A stretch of DNA of 32,000 bases from an uncultured Lentisphaeria bacterium (GTDB lineage: Bacteria; Verrucomicrobiota; Lentisphaeria; JABSQK01; JAJFLO01). The notes beneath the pieces were generated by a model. It ran no database searches and was not told the origin of the DNA. It was given only the letters and a program-made list of their open reading frames with translations. Each line of letters starts with the position of its first letter. Position 1 is the stretch's first letter. Below are positions 17,497 to 25,658 of the stretch, piece after piece. The stretch is from contig OX638337.1 in the NCBI GenBank assembly GCA_951812855.1, forward strand, positions 1,710,001 through 1,742,000, read 5' to 3'. The position numbers were made by a program, and so were the translations under genes.

Positions 17497-19443
17497 TTAT
17501 TTCTTCTCTGTAAGCTTTTTCCCTTCGAAGACCATTAGTTCGCTAATCAGTTTATTGAATTTTAAAGGATCCTTGATCGGTGTTCCTTCTGTGATCAGTG
17601 CCTGATCGTAGAGAAGTTCAATATAATCATTCAACTTTTTGTTCTTTGTATCGTTCTTGAACAGTGTTAAAATGATTTTGGCAACTGGATGTTTGGGATT
17701 AATTTCCAATACACGTTTTGATGGCGGGCTGTCCTGGTTCATTGACTTCATTATCTTTTCCATATGAGCACTCATCCCAAATTCATCATTGACAAGACAG
17801 CTGGCACTATCGGTCAATCGGGATGAAACCTTTACATCTTTCACGCGATCCTCAAGCTTAGATTTTATGTGTTTGATTAAATTTTTATATTTTTTATCAT
17901 CTGCTTTAGCGGATTTTTCAGATTTTTCTTTGTCCTTTAGAAAATCAAGTTCAATATCGCCGCGATCAATTGCTTTCAGTTTTTTCCCGTCGTACTCAGT
18001 TAAGCTCTGGGTTACCCATTCATCAATTGGGTCGGTTAAAAATAAAACTTCGATATCATTCTTCTTGAAGATTTCAAGATGGGGTGAGTTCTCAGCAGAC
18101 TCACGATTTTCACCTGAGATATAATAGATTTCTTTCTGGTCAGTCTGCATTCGGTTTAGATAATCCTTCAGGGGTATGAGTTCACCTGAATTTGTCTTTG
18201 AACTCTCGTACATAATGAGTTCTTGAATCTTTTCTTTGTTGGCAAAATCAAAATGCATACCTTCCTTAAATACAGGCCCGAATTCTTTATAAAACGTGAG
18301 ATAATCTTCAAGTTTTTTATCTTTCATTTCTTTTAAGGTACTCAAAATCTTGGTGACTAAACTCTTTTGAATTTTTTTGATGAGAGCATCTTCCTGCAAT
18401 ATTTCCCTTGAAACATTCAAAGGCAGGTCATTTGATTCAACAACACCTTTGACAAAACGAAGATATTCAGGCATCAATTCTTTGCAATCATCCATAATGA
18501 ATACGCGTTTTACGTATAAATGGATCCCTTTGCGTTCATCACGTGTAAACAAGTCAAAGGGTGCTTTAGACGGCAGGTAAAGCAGTGCCCGGAACTCTAT
18601 AGCACCTTCTGCGAAATAATGAATCTTGGATAATGGGTCGGTATAGTCATGTGAAATATGTTTATAAAATTCATTGTATTCAGCATCTTTAACGTCTTTT
18701 TTAGGACGCATCCAGATTGCTTTCATTGAGTTCAGGGTTTCTTCCTCAATAACGGTAACTTTCTCTGTATCTTTTATTTCATTTCCTTCTTTATCCCCGG
18801 GTGTTTCTTCTCTGGAAACGTCCATTGTAACTGGATATTCGACGAAATCAGAATACTGCTTGATGACTCTCTTAATTGTCCATTCTTCTAAATAGTCCTT
18901 CTTATCATCTCTTAATGATAGAATGACGTCCGTACCATTGCATTCTTTTTCAGTATCATCAATGGTATAAGAGCCATCACCACTGGACTCCCATTTTACG
19001 GCAGATGACTGACCGGCTTTTCTGGAAATTACTTTAACCTTGTCAGCGACCATAAATGACGCATAAAATCCAACACCAAACTGACCAATGAGGTCAGGTG
19101 AATCCGTTACGTTTTCCTTTAACTGATCCAGGAATGCCCGAGTGCCGGAATGAGCAATTGTTCCCAAATTTGTTTCAACTTCCTCGCGAGTCATTCCAAT
19201 ACCGTTATCAGAAACAGTAATGGTATTTGATGCTTTATCCGGAATTATCTTTATTTTCAAGCTTGAAACGTTGTCGATTAATTCAGATTTGGTTAACGAC
19301 TCAAACCTTAATTTATCAATTGCATCGGATCCATTGGACACGAGTTCCCGAATAAAAATATCAGTATTAGAGTATAATGAATGGATTACTAAATTAAGCA
19401 GTTCCTGAACCTCGGTTTTGAATTTCTTTTTACTCTTAGCCAT
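17497..19443 (-). CDS. htpG: Molecular chaperone HtpG (Hsp90)
   Basis: 648 aa. The N-terminal GHKL ATPase signature is [40 protein letters not shown]...[11 protein letters not shown]...[10 protein letters not shown]...GQFGVGFYS. The rest is colinear with bacterial HtpG throughout. Confidence 0.97.
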
Positions 19444-19746
19444 ATTTTCTCCTCATTAAGTAATTTTTGGATATAATTACGTCTGTTTACCAGGTAACGT
19501 ATTTAAAATCGATTTTAGACAAAGTCCCGGAAAATTTGTTCCGAGAGGCGTTTAAAAGATAGTTGATTAACCAAAAAGCTACCTCATTTTGCATAAATTT
19601 GGAAGAACCGAATCCCTTTCAGGGTGTATATAGTATGAATGATTTGTGAAAAATAGTTTGGATGTATCATTTTTCGGTAGAACGAACTGAAATAGTATTA
19701 GAAGAAACAGGCGGTTTATACGTCGGAAAAAACTCGGGCAGACACG

Positions 19747-20640
19747 GTGAATGCACATTTACTCGATCCAAATATAATTGCAAATATTGACAATTATTCG
19801 TTACTGGCACGTACGATAGTAGAGGGGTTCATTTCCGGTCTGCACAGGAGTTTGTACCAGGGGTTTGGCAGTGAGTTTGTCCATTATCGAAATTATTCAC
19901 CGGGAGACGATCTAAAATTTATTGATTGGAAAGTTTATGCCCGATCAAACAAGTTTCAGATGAAAGTGTACGAAGAGGAAACGAATACAAACTGTTATAT
20001 TGTATTGGATTCTTCTGCATCAATGGCGTATTCAGGAAAAAAAGGGCGGTTAACAAAATTACATTATGCAAAAATTATTTGTGCTTGTTTTGCTTATTTA
20101 ATTAACAGGCAGGGCGATAATGTTGGATTTTATGCATATAGCGATATTCTCAAATCAGGTATAAAGCCAGGACATAGAAGTGGACAGGTACATAATATCT
20201 GCAGTGAATTGACACGGTTGGAACCGACAGGTAAATGTGATCACAATGACACCCTTAGAAAACTTGGAGAACTCTTTAACCGTCGTGGAATTGTGATACT
20301 GATAAGTGATTTTCATGATTTCGATGAACAGATTTCTAAGGCGATTCGATATTTCAAGTTTACCCACCATGACTGTATTTTGATTCAGGTTTTAGATGAT
20401 GATGAGGTAAATTTTCCCTTTCAGTCGAATGTACGCTTTATTGACAGTGAATCACATAACGAATTGACAACTTACCCTGAACTTGTCCGTCAAAAATATT
20501 TAGATTCCTTCAACCGTTTTATGTCAGATTTTGAAAATTTTTGCTGGAAAAATGATATTGATATCGAGAAAATCACCACATCTTCATCGTTGGTAAATAT
20601 CCTGTCCGGATTTCTTCATCGCAGGGAGTTATACAGATAA
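19747..20640 (+). CDS. DUF58 domain protein (vWA-like, MoxR-associated family)
   Basis: GTG start. LLARTIVEGFISGLHRSLYQGFGSEFVHYRNYSPGDDLKFIDWKVYARSNKFQMKVYEEETNTNCYIVLDSSASM is the canonical DUF58 N-terminal signature, including the DxSxS MIDAS-like motif. The stop overlaps the next start (TAATG at 20638-20642). Confidence 0.88.
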   Translation: MNAHLLDPNIIANIDNYSLLARTIVEGFISGLHRSLYQGFGSEFVHYRNYSPGDDLKFIDWKVYARSNKFQMKVYEEETNTNCYIVLDSSASMAYSGKKGRLTKLHYAKIICACFAYLINRQGDNVGFYAYSDILKSGIKPGHRSGQVHNICSELTRLEPTGKCDHNDTLRKLGELFNRRGIVILISDFHDFDEQISKAIRYFKFTHHDCILIQVLDDDEVNFPFQSNVRFIDSESHNELTTYPELVRQKYLDSFNRFMSDFENFCWKNDIDIEKITTSSSLVNILSGFLHRRELYR

Positions 20641-22619
20641 TGGATAAAATTTCATTTCTTAATCCTTTTTTTTTATTTGGTCTAAGTCTGATTCTTGTTC
20701 CAATTGTCCTTCATTTTATCAATCGCAAAATATCTAAGAGCATTGTGTTTCCGTCGATTCGTTTTATTCAGCAGGCACAACAGATTAAATCCGGTAAAAA
20801 GCAGATTCGGGATTGGCTCCTGTTATTTTTTAGAATACTCATTCTAACATTGATCACGTTGATTTTTGCAAAGCCGATTATATCAGGAAAAATGAAAATT
20901 GATGATACGGCAGAAACCAAAATTCTACTATTTTTCGATCTGTCAGTCAGCATGCATACAAACACGTTCAACGAGTTCATAAAGGCTGAGAGTGATGAAG
21001 TTTTCAATAAAAACCCAGACGCATCCTATGCATTATTGGCATCTTCAAATAAAATAGAAGAATCAATGACCTTCGGGACAGAATTTGAAAAAATTAAGAA
21101 TAAAATCGATTTGTTGAAACCGACATTATTTGGTGGGGATCACAGCAAAGCGTTAAGTGCTTTGCCACGTTTTTTTAATTCACAGGATACATCTGAAAAA
21201 ATACTGTATATATTTTCAGACGTTCAGCACTATGATTGGGATCACTCCCGAATCCCGAACCTCAATTTAAACGCGGAAATTATTATTGTTCAACCCGAAC
21301 ACATCAAAAGAGCCAATGTAACGATTCGAAATGCCGTATCGGAACTTTATGTCAGAGACAATATCAAAAAACTGCGAGCCACAGTTGAAACCCATTTCTT
21401 TTCGGTCGCGTCCGCACCTGCAAAACTGAAACTCACCGTCGGTAATAAGTCTGTCGTAAATGATATAGAATTGCGAGGCGGATACAGTGATAAGTTCATG
21501 ATAGATTTGGACAATCCAGATTCAGATATCGGAATCGCTGAGATTATTTATGAAGATGATCTTCAGGTTGACAATGTTTATTATTTTTGGGTTGGATCCG
21601 GCATCCCGGTAAAAGTCCTGATCGTCGCAGATTCCCGAGAGGATCCCGCAAAGCAGACAGAGTCGTTTTTTTTAATAAATGCATTGTCCGTTACTCTTCC
21701 GGGAATGACAGAGTTTGATATTCGGCTGGTCGAGCCGGATTTCATCTGGGATCAAAATCTAAATGAATTGCAGGGTATTTTCTTTTTGGACTCATTAACA
21801 ACGTATGCGGAGTTAGAATTAGATTTACTGAAAACCTATCTGACCGATGGGGGAAATTTAATTTACTTCTCAGGTAAGAAATCTGCACAGAATTTAGCAA
21901 AGTTTTTTAATAGTAAACTAAGTCAAACCCGCTTTAACGGATTTAAAGGAGAAATTAATCAATTTCGTTCATTCACCGTTGATGTTCGGAATCTTGATGC
22001 ATCAGTCATGTCAATATTCCGGGAGGAAAAAGGTGATTTAAATTATTTTCCAATTTATAAATACAGTAAATTTTTACCGCATAAAAGCAGCAGGACACTG
22101 CTGGAATTTGATAATCGAGACCCATTTTTGATTCAGGAGTCAATTGGGAAGGGGGCACTGTTTATGTTCGCAATCAGTTTATCTCCCCAGTGGAGTGAAT
22201 TTCCAACGTCAATGACATTTCTGCCATTGTCACGCCATATTTTAAACCACAGTCAATCAGAAAATGACGGTGTCCTGTCGCTGACAGTTGGCGAAGATTA
22301 TAAACAAAAATTTAATGATATTGGTTTTTCAGATGAGTTCCGGATCAAAGATGAACCAAGTGTTTTTACATTAAGAAATATACCAGTTGAATTGAATGTT
22401 AATCGGATGGAGTCAGATTTTACAACAACTCAGCAATATAAAATCCAGAGTCAACTTTCCGCCTTGACGGGGAAACAATCGGGAGAGGGATCACGTTCTG
22501 ATTCACTGAATATTACGACCTCATTTCAGACACCGCTTGCTGCCTTGTTAATACTGATTTTTTTCCTGGAATTAATTGTTGCAAATTACAAATTCAAGTC
22601 AATTTTCAGCAGGTCTTAA
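20640..22619 (+). CDS. BatA-N-terminal-domain / vWA-like membrane protein (aerotolerance-operon-type)
   Basis: The N-terminal double-TM 'BatA_N' pattern is FLNPFFLFGLSLILVPIVLHFINRK ... WLLLFFRILILTLITLIFAKP. A MIDAS-like ILLFFDLSVSM follows, and there is a C-terminal TM helix (LAALLILIFFLELIVANY). It is translationally coupled to the DUF58 gene. Confidence 0.8.
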   Translation: MDKISFLNPFFLFGLSLILVPIVLHFINRKISKSIVFPSIRFIQQAQQIKSGKKQIRDWLLLFFRILILTLITLIFAKPIISGKMKIDDTAETKILLFFDLSVSMHTNTFNEFIKAESDEVFNKNPDASYALLASSNKIEESMTFGTEFEKIKNKIDLLKPTLFGGDHSKALSALPRFFNSQDTSEKILYIFSDVQHYDWDHSRIPNLNLNAEIIIVQPEHIKRANVTIRNAVSELYVRDNIKKLRATVETHFFSVASAPAKLKLTVGNKSVVNDIELRGGYSDKFMIDLDNPDSDIGIAEIIYEDDLQVDNVYYFWVGSGIPVKVLIVADSREDPAKQTESFFLINALSVTLPGMTEFDIRLVEPDFIWDQNLNELQGIFFLDSLTTYAELELDLLKTYLTDGGNLIYFSGKKSAQNLAKFFNSKLSQTRFNGFKGEINQFRSFTVDVRNLDASVMSIFREEKGDLNYFPIYKYSKFLPHKSSRTLLEFDNRDPFLIQESIGKGALFMFAISLSPQWSEFPTSMTFLPLSRHILNHSQSENDGVLSLTVGEDYKQKFNDIGFSDEFRIKDEPSVFTLRNIPVELNVNRMESDFTTTQQYKIQSQLSALTGKQSGEGSRSDSLNITTSFQTPLAALLILIFFLELIVANYKFKSIFSRS

Positions 22620-22653
22620 CCTCTGGCCGGCTTCGAAATTTAATTGATATCAC

Positions 22654-23694
22654 ATGACTTCTGCAGAGAATTGCCGCTTAATAATTGATTATGCAAAAAA
22701 ACTTGGATTCAATGAGGTACGGGTTGCTCCGGTGTCGTTGGCACCGGAATATGATCAGACGTTCAGGGATTGGACAGATCAGGGATTTCACGGCGAGATG
22801 CAGTATTTATCCAATCGAATTGTTAATAATATCAGGGTATCCGACTTACTGAAAAATACTAAGAGCGTCATTAATCTGGCGTCAAACTACTACCCGTTTG
22901 AGGAACAGGGTCCCCGGGCGGGTGGACAAATAAGTCGCTACGCAGTTTCACGGGATTATCATAAAATCATCAAAAAGAGACTTAAGCAGATCTGTACGTA
23001 TATTAACGATGAGTTTTCCGGGGAGACAAAGGCGTTTGTTGATACGGGCCCGATATTAGAAAAAGCGTTTAGTGAAACAAGCGGCATTGGCTATATTGGG
23101 AAAAATGGTTGTTTAATCACTGAAGCCTGCGGATCCTGGGTATTTCTTTCAGTAATCTTAACATCACTGGATTTGCCGGCCGATTTAAATTCCATGAAAA
23201 TAAACTGTGGCAACTGTACACGGTGTATTGATGCATGTCCGACTGATGCCATCAATACCAACAAAACACTCGATGCACGGAGATGCATTTCCTATTTAAC
23301 AATTGAAAACAGGTCCTCGATTCAGGATGAATTGAAAAGTAAAATGTCGAATTGGATATTCGGATGTGATATTTGCCAGGAAGTCTGTCCGCATAATGTT
23401 CGTGCACAGCCAACAGAAGATCGTGAGTTTAGGTCACGTCGATTCAGTGACCGGTATATTCCTTTGGATGACATTTTGAAAATAAAGGATGACAAAGAGT
23501 TTCTGGAGAAATTTTCTGGAACAGCCATCATGCGAGCCAGGCGTCGAGGGCTGATTCGGAATGCCTGTGTCGCTGCGGGGAATTCCGGTGACCTCAACCT
23601 GATCCCGTTATTGGAGAATATCAGAAATATGGACGATGCCATGTTAGCCGAGCATGCTCAGTGGGCACTTGAAAGACTGCAGAATAAATGTTGA
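22654..23694 (+). CDS. queG: Epoxyqueuosine reductase QueG
   Basis: 346 aa. Motifs seen are SRYAVSRDYHKIIKKRLK and YIGKNGCLIT. Two 4Fe-4S ferredoxin motifs are present (CGNCTRCIDACPTDAI and FGCDICQEVCPHN), along with CISYLTIE and a C-terminal HEAT-like tail. Confidence 0.9.
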   Translation: MTSAENCRLIIDYAKKLGFNEVRVAPVSLAPEYDQTFRDWTDQGFHGEMQYLSNRIVNNIRVSDLLKNTKSVINLASNYYPFEEQGPRAGGQISRYAVSRDYHKIIKKRLKQICTYINDEFSGETKAFVDTGPILEKAFSETSGIGYIGKNGCLITEACGSWVFLSVILTSLDLPADLNSMKINCGNCTRCIDACPTDAINTNKTLDARRCISYLTIENRSSIQDELKSKMSNWIFGCDICQEVCPHNVRAQPTEDREFRSRRFSDRYIPLDDILKIKDDKEFLEKFSGTAIMRARRRGLIRNACVAAGNSGDLNLIPLLENIRNMDDAMLAEHAQWALERLQNKC

Positions 23695-23993
23695 TTTTAC
23701 AGGTTTCCAGCAGGTATGATATCGTGTATTTTCATCTGATTCACTGTTCAAATTTGCATTCCTTTTAAAAAAAGCGAAAAAATATTTTGAATTTAATAGT
23801 GTGTATATTACCTTTGTTCATTGTTCTCGGTAATTGGTGAGTTTTAGCTGAATTTTTCGTTGCCGGAGTGGTGTATTTAAATCTGCAGTGTTTGATTGAT
23901 TACCAGCACGAAAGTCTCAAACCTCACGACCGGAATCATTCCTGTAGTATTTCAATTAGAGGAGTTTAAAATAATAACAGAAAAGGACCTGTG

Positions 23994-25451
23994 ATGACAC
24001 CAAAGAAAGTACTAGAATTAATAGATGATAAATCCATTAAATTTGTCGATTACAAATTTCAGGATTTTCCCGGAACCTGGCAGCATTTCTCAGTACCTGC
24101 CCGCCACTTAACTGCTGACATATTTGAAGATGGAATTGGCTTTGACGGTTCAAGTATCCGTGGTTGGCAGGCCATTAATGAAAGTGATATGCTGGCATTG
24201 CCGGACCCAACAACGGCCTTCATTGATCCGTTTTTAAAATCACCAACCCTGTCATTAACCTGCTCTATATTAGATCCAATCACGAAGCAGCCCTATACAC
24301 GAGATCCTCGAAACGTTGCGTCTAAATGTGTGGATTACATTAAATCAACTGGTATTGCTGACACAATTCATTTCGGCCCGGAAGCAGAATTTTTTGTTTT
24401 TGATCATGTTCGCTTTAAACAGGAAGCAAATTATGCATTATATGAAGTTGATTCCAATGAAGGTATTTGGAATTCAGGTTCAGAAAATGGATGTGCCAAT
24501 TCAGAAAATGGATGTGCCAATTCAGAAAATGGATGTGCCAATCTAGGTCATAGACCAAGGCATAAAGAAGGATATTTTCCTGTGCCGCCAACAGATTCTC
24601 TTCAGGATATGCGTTCTGAGATGGTTTCAATTCTGCTCGATGTCGGGGTTGATGTTGAGGCTCATCATCACGAAGTTTCAACAGGCGGGCAATGTGAAAT
24701 TGACATGCACTTTGCACCGTTATTGAGAATGGCAGATCAATTAATGATTTATAAATATATTGTTAAGAATGTTGCCGCCCGACATGGCAAATCAGTAACA
24801 TTTATGCCGAAACCAATTTTTGGTGATAATGGATCCGGAATGCACGTTCATTCGAGTCTATGGAAAAAAGATAACCCGGTATTCGCCGGGGATGGGTATG
24901 CAGGCTTATCACAAACAGCACTGCATTACATCGGAGGAATATTGAAACATGCTCCGGCATTGATTGCATTTTGTGCACCGACTACAAATTCATATAAACG
25001 TCTTGTCCCTGGATTTGAGGCACCGGTTAATTTAGCCTATTCACAGCGGAATCGAAGTGCGGCATTACGTATTCCAATGTATTCTCCAAGTCCAAAAGCC
25101 AAACGGGTTGAATTCCGTTGTCCGGATGCATCATGCAACCCCTATTATGCCTTTTCCGCGATTGCGATGGCCGGTATGGATGGTATTCTCAATAAGATTG
25201 ATCCGGGAGAGCCTATGGATAAAGACTTATATGATCTTGATCCTGAAGAGGCAGGCAATATACCACAGGTTCCAGGTTCTCTGGAGGGTGCAATTCAGGC
25301 ATTGGAAGATGATCATGAATTCCTGCTTAAAGGCGATGTTTATACCGAAGATGTTATTGAAACATGGATTAGCTATAAACGTGAAGTTGAAATAGATGCA
25401 CTGCGTCTCCGACCCCATCCATATGAATTTTTCCTATACTATGATTGTTAA
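23994..25451 (+). CDS. glnA: Glutamine synthetase type I (GlnA), with a 14-aa repeat insertion
   Basis: ATG 23994 has aaaagga 7 nt upstream; the track uses GTG 23991. The protein is colinear with E. coli GlnA:
- [21 protein letters not shown]
- [11 protein letters not shown]
- [26 protein letters not shown]
- EAHHHEV.TGGQCEI
- [11 protein letters not shown]
- [13 protein letters not shown]
- [10 protein letters not shown], and RVEFRCPD

The adenylylation-loop Tyr context [10 protein letters not shown] is also present. Confidence 0.96.
24480..24542 (+). repeat. Perfect 3 x 21-bp tandem repeat inside glnA (tcagaaaatggatgtgccaat; encodes SENGCAN x3)
   Basis: The units 24480-24500, 24501-24521 and 24522-24542 are identical base for base and in frame. 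Confidence 0.98.
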
Positions 25452-25484
25452 TAGAGGATTCAGGATTTCATAAATGATATGGCT

Positions 25485-25527
25485 GAAGCGACTTTGAGTG
25501 AACCTCGGAGTCGCTTCTCCGTTTTTA
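25485..25527 (+). terminator. Rho-independent terminator of glnA
   Basis: A perfect 9-bp stem, gaagcgact (25485-25493) with agtcgcttc (25509-25517), has a 15-nt loop and is followed by tccgttttt. It lies 34 nt after the glnA stop. Confidence 0.75.
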
Positions 25528-25658
25528 AACGGGGTTGTTAATCGAACTTAAACTATTTTTACACACTGTCCCATCCTGATTAATTTCGGAAAGCATGTTC
25601 ACCCTGGCAGGAATTGTGTTTTACCAGGAGTGGTGTACGGAGAGATAAACCGTGAGTG

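Noticed and set aside
17789-19408. Plus-strand ORFs inside htpG (17789..18124, 18377..18580, 18674..18895, 19220..19408).
   Set aside because: They are antisense to a full-length, strongly conserved htpG, and their products are Ser/Phe-rich low complexity.
23820-23990. Sigma54 (-24/-12) promoter or glutamine riboswitch in the glnA leader.
   Set aside because: The best GG/GC pair (tggtgagttttagc, ~23835) has the wrong spacing by 1 nt and lacks the TGGCAC/TTGC context. I could not recognise the glnA-RNA pseudoknot motif by eye. A cmscan against Rfam would be needed to be sure.
24480-24542. Possibility that the 21-bp x3 repeat is a mini-CRISPR array.
   Set aside because: The units are directly abutting with no spacers, lie in frame inside glnA, and no cas genes are nearby. 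It is a coding tandem repeat.
24059-25418. ORFs overlapping glnA on other frames or strands (24059..24283, 24316..24546, 24415..24717, 25057..25395, 25227..25418).
   Set aside because: glnA is colinear with canonical GS-I across its whole length. Two of these ORFs are merely kept open by the tandem repeat (the repeated 'QKMDVPI' / 'WHIHFLN' peptides are its alternative-frame echoes).
3480-25547. The 10-mer ttaatcgaac occurring three times (3480, 3840, 25538).
   Set aside because: With ~32 kb of AT-rich sequence, several 10-mers are expected to recur three times by chance. The flanks show no extended similarity.
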